DNA of 62,020 bases, counting the filler, from Choristocarpus tenellus KU-1152 (taxonomy: Eukaryota > Protista > Phaeophyceae), in NCBI GenBank assembly GCA_964200185.2. It is 13 parts of 13 records of this genome, joined end to end, with 100 filler letters (N's around TTAATTAATTAA, not from the genome) between each part and the next. Parts side by side here need not be neighbours in the genome. Positions count along the whole stretch, not along the records: positions 49,893 to 54,166 come from CAXNAD020015343.1; positions 54,267 to 62,020 come from CAXNAD020005641.1; 11 more parts are not named here. The stretch is one strand, 5' to 3'. The position numbers and the translations under genes are program-made. The notes beneath the pieces were generated by a model. It was not told the origin of the DNA, searched no databases, and saw nothing but the letters and a program-made list of their open reading frames with translations. Every line of letters starts with the position of its first letter. Positions within the stretch are counted from its first letter, which is position 1. Shown here piece after piece: positions 50,253-62,020 of this stretch.

Positions 50253-51544
50253 TGGACAAATAATGATAACCTTTTGCAACACTGCTGGCTGGTACGTTCC
50301 TGCATCAGCTTGTCCAACATTTCAAAACAAGACCTTCCCATGTGCAGTGCTTGGGGAAAGATGTACTTCAGTCCTGGAATGTTCTCCTTTGAGATCAGGA
50401 GGGCAATCCTTTTTGCACTTGTCTATGTGCTGGTCCATGCCCAAAAGCTTCTTGTTTGCATTAAAGTGTTGCAGGAGATACACCATTGACTTGGCGAGGT
50501 GTTCATTGCACAGGGTTCACCTTCTGGCAGTGGGTTATCTGACAGCAAGGGAGTTTGCTTTGTCTTGAGAGGACCGGGTTGCAGGTTCAAGGATAACCAG
50601 TGCCACTGGACTTAAAATACATTGGAGCATACTTTGCAGGTTTTTCCCTCTTTGTGGCCGCACATGTACGTCGAGGTTCAGCTCAGTCCTCCAGTACTTG
50701 CGTCGCTGCTTTCCTGCCACTCACGATCAATGACTAAGGCCTGTGTAGTGGTTGGGCATTGATGGTCAGGGTATAGTTCAGGGCAGCCGTACCCACGTTC
50801 TCAGAGGAGTACGAAATCTAGGGCATGGTGTATCGAGGGGTCCAGCACATCCATCCCCACCCCAATCGACCCAATTATATCCTCATATGCCAAAGATTGG
50901 CCTTCACCATCTTCTCCTACCTCTTTCACGACCTCCACTACCTCTGAGGCTTGAGCATCCACACCCAGCAGTGCAGATGAAGCATAATGTTTAGATGGTG
51001 GAGTTGGTACCCAGGGGATTGGGGTGGGGAAAGAAGAATTACCGAATACCCACCTTGCGGATTACTCTCTCTTGCTCTTCACCATTTCTCTGTTTTGGGG
51101 AACAAAAGGGTTGATAGACTGTGAGGGGTTTTAGACGTATATGAGAGTTTCTGGGCAAGGGCTACTTGCCCGGACTAACTCGACCTTCAACACACTGAAA
51201 GGTTGAAACTAGGAGTCTTGTTTCAACCTTCTCCCTCATTCGAGTGTGGTAACTCACCAGTGTGCTTGGTCACTTTTATCTTGTTCGATATGAATTTATG
51301 CAAGGCCAGTCGACCAAAATTTCTGCCCACTTGCACACCCAGGTAGGTAATGTTCATTTCGACATTCTTTTCTACCCCACCAGTTCTATGTGTGGACTGC
51401 ACCAGGGTTTCCTGGATGCACCGTTGGGATATGAAGCCGTTGCAATTGCGGGAGTGGCCATGCGTGTGTGCTCCTCGTGCCTCCAGACATGGCATCATAT
51501 CTGTGAAATCCACCGTAGATGCTGTGCTCTCGTTTCAGGTAAAT

Positions 51545-51816
51545 GCGAAAGGCAACTAAGAGGGTAGGAGTTTTGCCCTGTTTGCCTATTAGGGGCTTGG
51601 CTTCCCAGGATTTTTTTATGTCCTTTTTTCGGTTTTATGTTTGAACATTTCGGATTTCGAAGTTTGGCAAAATATATAGGACCATGAAAGGTGTGTCCGG
51701 ACCAAGGATATCGACACTTGCTAATAAAACACGATAGCCAAAATCACATCAAAATCGCAACATTAGATTTATGACCCCGAACGGACGCGAACCTACCCTC
51801 TTAAATGATTTGGGTC
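51545..51816 (-). mobile_element. MITE family A, degenerate inverted copy
   Basis: taagagggtaggagttttgccctgtttg...gaaaggtgtgtcc...cctaccctcttaaatgatttgggtc; closest to the 19510 copy. Confidence 0.75.
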
Positions 51817-53047
51817 ATTACCACTGTGAAGGGTGAACCTTGGACAACCCTTGGCCAACAACGGTCAACAATAATCAACAATGAAAGGAGAAAACGATTA
51901 CATAAATCGGCATTAAGACGCGTCGTGCAGTATGGTGAATTACTTGAAAATACTAATTCCTCTCCCCCCAGACACCTCTTGAAATCTAAAAATGTACCTC
52001 TATCCATCCCTTTCATCTGTTAGAAAATCTTGGCCACGTTCCACACAGAATTGGGTAGGCCACGTCTGATGTAGGAAAAACAATAATTGTGAAGGGAAGA
52101 AGGTAAAAACGAAAGAGACTGTGAAAAATAAAAGAGGGAAGGTTGTGCAAGGATTACAACAAAAATAACCACAGAGAGTACTGTTGTTATCTCGGATACA
52201 CAGACTTGTAACTAAAACAGTGGACCAGAAAACACAAAAGCAACACTCCAAAAACTGACTCTATGAAGGTGTGCAAGAATCGAAGAGAAGAAACCCATGA
52301 ATCTATCACCTCTCCTAGTCCATTGTTAATATACTCGTTTACATTTTCTGGAGGTTGTACATGTAGGAGAAAGAAGGAATGAACAAAAACTACAATAATA
52401 CTTTCATTTTTTTTTCTCGTGACACATCTTCAAAATGTCACATGTCACAGGGCATAATAATAAAAACAATACTAGTGAATTCTGTAAGAAGAGGAGAATG
52501 TGAGAGTCATCTTCCAAAGAACGTATACCTTGAATTTAACCTATCTTGAAGAATCTGATATTCATATGACACTTGTTTTTGCATGTTGAAGGTAACATCT
52601 GCTTGAAGTAAATAGCGGGTGGTTTGAGGCGACCTTGCAAATCCCCCTCATTCACTTTGCCACTTGTTCACTCTTTTCCTGAGTGATCTTCTGAGAGATT
52701 GCTCTCTCTCTTGTCTTGTCTCTCTCCTTTTCCTTGCCTCCTGTGGGTCTTCCCGCTCCCCTTAAGTACGAAGAACTTGTCGACTTGTTTCCATCAGTTT
52801 CACATGAAGAAGCATCACAATACAAGACAAAAGATATAACATATACACCAACAAGAGTTGTAGCAGTTTGCACACAGTGGTCGTCCCCAGGACTCAGTGG
52901 CTACAGCTAGCACTGAGTGCGTTAATTCAGCGGTTTGATCTTCTTTGAGGCCGAACTTCTTTTCACGGGAATCTATTTTCGATTGTGTTACTCCACGTGG
53001 CAAGGAGCACGGATTATATACCTGTTCTATCTTACCTGTCCCCCCAG

Positions 53048-53177
53048 ACGAAGATCAAGGTGGAAATTTTGGGACAGGTCCAGTAGGAACTTTGAGGGAG
53101 GAAACGGGGTGATGGATGGTGAGAGCGGTGAAATTAACCAGCAAGAAGGGAGGCAGGAACGGAGCCCATACCATTAA
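53048..53177 (+). CDS. Putative terminal exon, unknown gene
   Basis: Pyrimidine tract and CAG acceptor, then RRSRWKFWDRSSRNFEGG...SPYH and a stop. Confidence 0.3.
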
Positions 53178-53412
53178 TCGTTGTAGTGGAATATAGTAGT
53201 TGGTTGAGTATATACTATAGTTACGAGAAGTATGAACAATTAGTAGTGTGTAGTTCCTCCAACTACTGTATGTACCGGCTCTGACCGCGGGTCAGTATCA
53301 CCCTGTAAAAATAACACTTGTTAATGCAAAAGACACCTCTCCAAAGAGAATCTCTTTGAAAACTAACAATACAACAATCCTACATCGTAATGTGTGCGCA
53401 GCTGTTATGTCT

Positions 53413-53678
53413 CTAACGTAGCCTAGCCGTACAAAGGTGGGCGAGGAGGTAGGAAACATCCCTAGAATCTGGCAGGCCCCTTCTTGCCCATCCGCTTCGT
53501 GTCTCTCGATTGCAACACATGACAAGTCGTGAGAGTACCACTTGTGCAGTGACAGACACTATCTGTCCCAAACGAGTCTTGAAAACCCCACTGTTACTGA
53601 ATCCTGCCGCCCCTACCCCCACCCTGTTGCGTGTATCCAATAAACTCTCTACTTGCTTTCCAAGGAGCCCAAAACTTC
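53413..53678 (-). CDS. Putative terminal exon, unknown gene, convergent with the previous one
   Basis: CAG acceptor at 53681-53679, then ~88 open codons SFGLLGKQVESLLDTR...DVSYLLAHLCTARLR and a stop. Confidence 0.4.
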
Positions 53679-54118
53679 CTGCCGTGAAGGTGTTGAGATG
53701 AAAGTGACCTTGTAATACAGCTTCGGTTTTTCCCTAACCATTTGCAAAATGCGAGAGGACAAAAAAAGAAAGAAATCATGGCACTATTAGGACTTGAAAC
53801 AAGTTAACAAGAAAGGCCCTTACTACAGAACCACTACAACAGTACAGTTTATTTACTCCTGAGCTGACACTGCTACTACTACTACTACACGATTATTGTA
53901 GGAATATTTTGCCAACCTTCAGGCATGGGGTTCTCATCTAGGAAACTGGGTCCTATCTATGAAGGGGTCGATTCCTTCTACTATCGTTGTAATAGTCTGG
54001 AGTAGTGTAAGTACTTAATAATTATATACAAGAAGTATACATAATATTATTTTGCTGTGCTTGGTGGTACTTTAGTAAGTAGTAAATAGTACTATAAAAC
54101 GATACAAAACTTGTAAGT

Positions 54119-54166
54119 TAAGTATCTGGGGGGGGGGGGGAGGGGGGCTACACCAAGGTGTACATT
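54119..54166 (-). mobile_element. MITE family B terminus at the contig end
   Basis: aagtatct-poly-G-ctacacc is the reverse complement of the family B right end. Confidence 0.65.
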
Positions 54167-56344
54167 NNNNNNNNNNNNNNNNNNNNNNNNNNNNNNNNNN
54201 NNNNNNNNNNTTAATTAATTAANNNNNNNNNNNNNNNNNNNNNNNNNNNNNNNNNNNNNNNNNNNNATCCCAGTCAATTTTGGGTCAAGCCCATCCTCAA
54301 TGAAAAGCTCCATCCTCAATTTTTGAAATCGGCTGTTTTAAAGATGGAAGCAAGAAAAAAGAGAATGAGCTAACGATAGACCTCGTATCCCCTACCTTAT
54401 CTAGTTGAAGATGTGCCCAGATTAACTTGAGATTTTGATTCTTTATTAGTATGAAAATCTTCAACAGAATCCAGAAAGGTTTCCTCTACTATTTTGTCGA
54501 ACTTTGCATATTTGTCAGTGTCCTTAAAATGCATCCTGAGTACCTGTTGCTTACTTTGAGTCAATCAGATGGTGACCGGCCCCCATTGAGCCAAAGTAAA
54601 CCACAGGTACCCAGTTTTTGGTCGTTTTATATTATATGCAGGTTTTTCAATCTTTTGGAATTCGTGAAACGTAGTCGCCAATATGAAATAGTTGGAAACC
54701 AGCAGACGGGTTCTTCAGAGTGAGAGGGAGCGAAAAGACCCACAAGAGGAACGGAAGGAAGAGAGACAAGGTCGGATGGTGAGCAACCCTCAGAAGCTCG
54801 CTAAGGGAAGGAGTTAACAAGGAAAGCGAATGAGGGGGATTTGTAACCTCCGCTCAAACAATGCGATATTGACGTCATCAGGAAGCCAATGCTGATGTCA
54901 TACGAGGAAGCAGACCTTCAGATTTACCTCCTGAAGGAAGGACACTTTGAAAGGTATACCTTGGCAGGAAGATACCTATCGCAAACTCACCCATATTTCT
55001 ATGATGAAGTGCTAAGTTTGACATGAGAGGGTTGATTTCTCAATTGTTTGAAAATTTTCGACACTGTCCGGAAAATATCATATACGTAGTTGTAAAAAGC
55101 CGAATTTTAACATATTTGCTGGCATTCTTAACATGCAACTGAGTAGCTCTCGTTTACTTTGACTCATTCCTCGTAAGGATTTGACCCTGTCAAACGTGGG
55201 AATGCATTTATCTGTCAAGTAAAACTCTAAGGTGGGTCAAAAAGGAGAGGCCTTCCATGTGGTAGGTTGTTAATACAATGTCTATATATGCGAACACGAC
55301 TTGTTATTATAATAGTATTTATTGACACAAACACAACGACATTCCTCCAGAGTTTAGTTTTTTTTTCTTACCGAGGGTACACACTGCCACTGTTGCTATT
55401 AGTAACGTCTTCAAACATGCAAAGTCTTGATATTTAAACGAGCGTGACAATATGTGACACTCACTAAAAGTTATAGTGCTTTGGAGAATCTAGAAAACAA
55501 GCCCTCGAGACTGTCACATCTACCAACTAATTTGGTGTTCTGAGTCGTGAGTTGTTCACATGTGAGGAACGGATGTACTACATAGGACAAGGGTCTCCAC
55601 ACAGGGATATATCTGGACACCATGCCTCCAACTACCCTGTCGCGTTTTTTTTAAGGGGAGGTGGTATGATGTAGACAAGATATTTAGGGTAGTGCGTCCA
55701 GAAGATCGGTGTTGTACAACATATCGAATAAGTGCAGTAGGTTGAATTCCTCTCCAACCAAAAGCCTCGATTACAAGTTAATGTTATCAACCACGGATAC
55801 ACGTTTAACCAACATTAGTGTGTCGTGGGTTGTAGGAGTACGGAACCTTTGTGGCATTATCCAAGTACAATGGAGTTAGAATAGGGGGAAGTAGGGGATG
55901 GAGGAGGGGGCATATTTTCCAGATATTCCCTTGGGTTATTACTCGATACAATGTATGTTAATAATGAGGTGGTTCTGTAATATGAGGTGTTGTGTTCGGC
56001 GTTTTTGCGGGATGTTGACGATGATGTCGTGTCAGTTTGAGTGATAGCGGAATATCAAGGATTCAACCTCAATATATCCCCTTGGGTATCAAAACTTCTT
56101 TTACACTTTATCTAGAATTTATATAGTTTAATATCATTATTCATACGACTCCTCTGGGGATATTCATTATTTCGTCCCATTTCCTCAACTGAATAGCATT
56201 GTCAGGGTCACTTAACAGGAAGATGATTAATGACAATATCGACACTTTGTGAACAGGGGTGAGGTTGGTTGTCAGTGGGGTACAAGGAGGGGTACTCATC
56301 TGCTATCGAAACAAGGTAGGTATAGAAGAAACAAGAACAAAGGT

Positions 56345-59300
56345 ATGAAGGCGACATGCCTCGCTACTCTGGTGGGGACGATGGGTTTGGGCACTCACGC
56401 CTTCGCCCCGTCCATCTTGGCTACCCATCCCTCATACCAATGCCATGCGCGGAGTTTCTGTGGGGCATCGACTAGAGAGGTTGGTGTTGTACCACACACG
56501 ACCATTTCTTCTGTTCGACGACAGCGTGCTTCTATGGTTGCGGCTGCTCCAGCAACGGAAGTTCCGTGGGTGTCGGATACAACAACACCTCCTATCCTTC
56601 CAGACGAGATCAGCGATGAGAACCCTCTCCGCGTCATAGTCGCTGGGGGGGGTGTGGGGGGTCTCCTTGCCGCGAAGTATTTGAAAATGCAGGGATTCAA
56701 GGTGGGTACAACTCCCCTGTATTCAACCCCGTGAGGGCAGCAACAGATGCTGGGAGGTCCTTCGCCTGATAAAGGTCGTGCCTTGCAGTCATTGGAATTC
56801 AAGCAACGCCAATTCTGTTGTGCACTTGCTCCTTTTTGGAAGCTCCAGTTTCTAGGGGGAACTTGTTGTACTGAAGATTTGCCCGACGTGCCCGCATTGA
56901 ACTTGGGCAAAATATAGGACAACCATTTCTTCCCCATGAAATGTCATAGCATGAATCTCAACTTTCCATTCCTCGTAATTTTGTGCTTCTGGAAACTCTT
57001 ATTTTTCTGCGTTACTTGGATCTGTGGCTCGCTCTTCGCACTCATTTGCTCGTGAAAGGTTACAGTCATTGAGAAGACCAACCAGTTCCGTCGGTTCGGA
57101 GGACCCATCCAGCTGGCGTCTAATGCGCTGAGCACAATAAAGGCCATCGACGAGGATTTTTTCGAGCGGCTCATGGAGAGGTTCACCTTCACAGGAATTC
57201 GTACCAACGGGATTAAGGATGGGGTCAGAACAGAGTGGTGCGTGCAGAGTGGATGAACCGAAGACGAAACGGTTCATACAATTGTGGTACGCTAAGAGGT
57301 GACCTAGTTTTCGAATCACCATGAACCTGATCTCTTTGTTTATGTTGTGGGGGGTGCATTTTGCTCCAGTCCACTGCTGGCGATAGAATAGAGAACACCC
57401 ATGTGAAGGCGAAGCTCAGAATGATGGGTGAGGTGGGAGAAGACAGGACCATCGAATAGTTCATAGCAAAATTGACCACACACCGCTATAGTAACGTTTG
57501 GAGGGGATAATTCCTTGATTTACCCTAATTAAATTCAGGATCTACATCGTGCAACTCTTTTAACAAAAAAGACAGTTGTGTGGACCTCCAGATTCACTCA
57601 CCTACATTGGCGGCACTACCTCCCCTAACCCCTGCCATTGTGTTTCATGTATCGTATCATAATATTGGTATGATGATGGGACTTGACCCCAACCCTTTCG
57701 ATAGGTACTGCAAGTTCGATGCCATTACGCACATGGCAGACCTTTTCAAGCTTCCCTACACTGGGGTCATTGACCGCCCAGATCTGCAGGTGAGGACTGC
57801 TGACCTAATTTATAGACCCTCCCTCCCTTCCCTGTTTCCTGCCTTTGTTCTCAAGGCTGAATTGAGCCTTACGGACAACTTTGAAGAGTTTTTGTGACAC
57901 ATATGCTAAAATTCACACTGATTTAATAAATGTATATGATAAGCTATTGTGTTGGTCTTGAATGGCTCGCAGGATTACACAGTACTTTGGTGGGCATGTT
58001 CAACTCTTCTGTGAGTGCACTGTCATGTTTGTGATAGGGTAAAACACAAACAACTTGCAGGCACGCACCACCTGAGTGCTAGCTGAATAACAACATCAGT
58101 GAAGGAGCCTACGAGATTAGATGTGTGACTGGTTGAAGACCCTGGCAGTAGGTTACTACCAGTGGAGTTTGTGTCTCACTTGCAAACACCGCCTGCCTCT
58201 GAAAACCTATTCAGAAGTACAGTATCTGTTGACAGTGGTCTGTGTACCGTGTGCTGCCTGTTCAACACTTTGCTTGCGGACCTGCAGTAAGACCTGGAGA
58301 TTGTGCGTACACATGAGCGACCGTATAGGAGAACGACATGTACATGTTGGTTCGTAGGGCTGAAATGGTCACGTTTTGGTACATTTGATGGTGTCTGTTA
58401 AACCATGGATGCTCGCTCCAGTTTATGTGGACTGAGAGATTCACTGGTGAGGCAAGGGGTATGTGTTTAACGTTTAGAACCGAGCACAATACATAACTAG
58501 CCCTAACCCTTATTATTAATGGTTGGGTTCTAAGGTGAAATTTCTCATGACGAATGTGGACAGTCTGCCGCTTGGACCCGCTTCCTCGAGTCTGTTGGGG
58601 GGAACAAGTCAGGACTGTTATCGAAAGCTATTGTGTTGCTTGCCGTGACACCTGCTTGGAGTAGCTCGACAACGATGGTGACAGTTGCATCGTTGTATTG
58701 GTTCTCTTCCGGTTCGTTTTGTTATAACGGTGTTCGTTTGAATGTGAAAGTGTTTTTATCCTGCAGTGTCCCTTCCTGGCAGGTCAACAGCAGTTTCTCG
58801 TTTTGTGCTGTTACGGAGAAGTCAACAGAGGTGCCTCTTTACTCTTCTGACTATGCTGCCCTAACTCTTATCTCTCTTCGTGTCTGTGTGTCCTTGTTTC
58901 AAATCGCACCCCCTCCAATTTCTTTTTCTTCGCTTGGGAAAAAACACCATTTTTGTGTGCAATGTTGGTGATGCGGATATGATATTTTTCTATTGCCGTT
59001 AAATCCTTTCATCTTACTGGCTGGTGCATGGTGTGGGGCTTCCTATTGGCGGAAAACATGTGATGTAAAAGGCGGTGCTGATGGAGGACCTAGGGGAGGG
59101 GGTGGTGTACAACAGCCAGACTGTGGTGGGGTATGAGAACACCGATGAGTGAGTGCTTGACGGGGTGGGGTGGGGTGGGGCAGTGATGTATTTTTTCTGT
59201 TTCGTCTACAAGGTTGGGGGGGGGGGGAGAAAGAGAGGGGAGCATCTATTTTTTTTACTTGTGAGTGTTAGTAGGCCATGAGGTGGGATATGTGAGGACT

Positions 59301-61055
59301 GAAGGGTTATATTGGTGCTGACAGTACTGTAAGGGCAACTGAATGCTAATTCTTTTAATACTTCGTTTTTGCCTCCGGTATGCTAGTGGAGCAACATACT
59401 GTATACGTCGTGTACTGTGGTGTGGTACCTGTTAAAACACTTGAGATATATTTTTAAGTTGTGATTTAAGAGGTCTACATTTATGTGCATGCACAGATAT
59501 ATATATATATATATATAAGGTTTATGGTAGTATGCTTTGTACTTTAGTTTTGGGTTGTCTTGACAATAGTACACTGCTATGTATGGTGTCACTGTGGTCT
59601 TATTGTGTATGACTTTACACATCCCCTGGTTGAAGGGGGGCCAAGGAAAGGAAATGAAAGAATGCTAGCAGAAAAGGGGTTATGTCAGGGACACAGGGTA
59701 TTTTTGGTGTTGTGATGGTCAGTACTTGAGTACTTTGTTCATTACTTGATTAGTAGTTATCTCATCAGTACTTGATTAGCAGTACTTGATTAGCAGTAAT
59801 TTGCTCCCGAGTATGTACAAGGATCGTTTGCTCAGTCTCTTCATGTGATGGAATATCTGTCATGTACTGAGCAGTGTACTCACTATTACAGTTAGGGTTG
59901 GGGCTAGAGTTTGTTTCTGTTATTTTCTTAGTCACATGGATACAGTGAGTTGTTGCTACTCATCCTATTTGTAATCAGTGCGTATGTTTTTTGTGAGTGG
60001 GTTACGTTAGTGTTGACTTGCTTGTCACGCTATAGAAAAGAATGATGATTATATCATTTAGTTGCGAAATCAGTCAGGGTTAGGGTTAGGGTTAGGGTTA
60101 GGGTTAGGGTTAGGGTGTTTCAAATATTACTTGCAAGGAAAGTGTGGACTATTTTTGTTCTGTGTGTGTTTGTGTGTGGAGAGGGGCTGTAGAAAAATTC
60201 TTGTGCTGTTTTAGGGACATAAAGTCAAGGCCGGTGGTTCTTGATTCTTGGTTTTTGTCCCCATGTTCTGATTGGACTTGAGGGAGGGGGGGAGATTAGA
60301 TGGTTGCCTGTTCAAGATGCTATTTGTTTCCTTTGTCATTACCATGATCATGATAAAGTTTTTTTCTTGAAGCCTGTTACCGCTATTTGTAGTTAATAAT
60401 CCTGTTAGTACTGCAGCATTTGGATTAGGGTCAGGGTTAGGATGTCTTGGTAAAGTGATGACAGGGATGTAGCTATGCACTTTAGTGAAATGGTAACGAC
60501 TTGTTAACATTTTTGCTTGTTTATTTTTTATTACTTGTACTTTCTGATTGTGTGTTTGTAACGAATCCGAGCTGGTTTTGGTTGATGTGTGACACATGGT
60601 ACATATTGTGGAAGAGGTTGGTGGAATGGGTTTGGCCCATTATGCTAGACAGATAGATTTGCCCTCAGAAGTGATTGTTAGCATACCGCTGTAATCAGTG
60701 CATGATAATGTGACCAGCGGTAAGTGGTGCTCCGATAGGAGCCTAGTCCTAATCAACACTTGAGGCTTTTCAACTTATACATAGATCTAGAAATATACTT
60801 GACTTGAGTATAATGCACTTGTTTTCTGCATGGTCTCCTTGAATATATAATAATTGTGCACTTGCTGTTGGTAATTTCCTGTAACTGACTGAGAACTCAG
60901 ACAGAGCAACTTACTGTTTGTTTTTTTGTTTTTTTGAAACTGTATCTATGAACCGTACTTATTGTACGTACTGAAGGGGGGTGACGGTGAGGCTGGAGGA
61001 TGGGGGTGTTGTACATGGTGATGTTCTCGTGGGTGCCGATGGAATCTGGTCACAG
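56345..61055 (+). CDS. ZEP: Plastid-targeted zeaxanthin epoxidase (FAD monooxygenase); first 5 exons, 3'-truncated
   Basis: Exons 56345-56701, 57059-57237, 57705-57789, 59072-59148 and 60977-61055; all GT-AG and phase-compatible. Product: signal peptide with THA-FAP, then [14 protein letters not shown] (GxGxxG), [45 protein letters not shown] and [12 protein letters not shown]. Confidence 0.95.
60080..60115. repeat. (TTAGGG)6 inside ZEP intron 4
   Basis: Six perfect units. Confidence 0.95.
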
Positions 61056-62020
61056 GTATGCATGTTGACCAATAAAACAGCAGCATTTTAATGCCCTGTA
61101 TTCAATGTAGACCTGGATTGTGGGTTTTTCTAATGTGTCCCAAGTCTACAGAAAAGGTGTGTTTGTTTGATATTGTTTGGAGTACTCTCTGTGTCTCAGG
61201 TTGTGTTGCCTTGCAGGTAGGGTGGATGAAGAGAAGCAGTGAACTCTTCTTTTTTTTTTCTGAGATTTTTCTGTTTTATGTACCTGTGATTTGTGTGTTT
61301 TAGAGAGGCTTTGGTAATGCTTCCAATATCTCTTGTTCGTGGAGAAACCCTTGAGTAGGTCATTTCAATAGCTTATTGTTCAGTGGTGTTGTCAATCTAA
61401 GGTGTCAATCTAAGGTGAACAGTTTTTTTTTGCGTTGGTTTAAGTAACTAGTAGGAGGTAAGAAATAGTTTCGATATAATGCCGTTAACCTCTAGTGTGT
61501 TAAAATTCAAATGTACAGACAGTACACGGATTGAAGGTACAGACAGTCAGTCAAATGTCAAGCTACGTGAGGAGAGAGCGCAGAATAACAGATGGAGAAT
61601 GAACCCTCAATTTTGTTTTTTGATCATGATTTAATCAAATGTAGCGATTGTGTTGAATCTACTATTTGTGATAATATTTGTGATAATATTGTTGAATGAT
61701 ACAGGTGTGATAGTGTGTTACCTCTAATCTTTCTGTCCCAATTGTTGTCTCTCTCCTCTCTACCACATGAGATTTTTGTTGCACTGGGTAAGGAAAGTGC
61801 TTTGTGTGTGTGAGTGAGTGTGTGTGTGTGTTTGTGTTTTGAATTGGGATTTTTGTTGCAAATTGGTTGTGCCACTGGTTTGAGGATGCGCTATCTTGCT
61901 GTCAAATATTTTTTATTTCAACAAAAACATGATTTTACACAGAGGATAGAGCTGTTGTATTTTTAGTGTATCTGGTGGAAGTCAAATTGTGGGCAATTTT
62001 TCTCTGTGGTCCCCCCCCCC

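Noticed and set aside
1-62020. Co-occurrence of RBBP5-like, Tudor-USP and TALE-HD genes as a chromatin or life-cycle cluster
   Set aside because: They lie on separate concatenated contigs, so there is no evidence of linkage.

Overview
This window is not contiguous DNA. It is 13 short contigs joined by identical 100-nt artificial linkers (N44-TTAATTAATTAA-N44), so adjacency across a linker means nothing. The source is an intron-rich eukaryote, most likely a brown alga or close ochrophyte relative. That is an inference from the ASAFAP-type plastid presequence on a zeaxanthin epoxidase, kb-scale introns, TTAGGG arrays and a TALE homeobox. Most ORF-track entries are noise. Manual splice reconstruction gave partial genes for: an RBBP5/Swd1-like WD40 protein; two pieces of USP9/24/34-family deubiquitinase(s), one carrying Tudor-like domains; an SLC26/SulP transporter; a TALE homeodomain transcription factor whose helix-3 exon is invisible in the ORF track; and a zeaxanthin epoxidase. 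Mobile DNA includes a degenerate Ty3/Gypsy element lacking RT/RNase H, two related MITE families with 4-bp TSDs, and a Stowaway-like MITE. The most interesting items are the TALE-HD gene (Ile50, BEL-like helix 3, PAP instead of PYP), a 241-nt hairpin with strand-biased G:U pairing (miRNA-precursor candidate), an unassigned ~480-codon membrane-protein frame with one in-frame TAG, the Tudor-bearing deubiquitinase, and two predicted GC-AG introns with the same donor context. I found no multi-gene system; the contigs are too short to show one.
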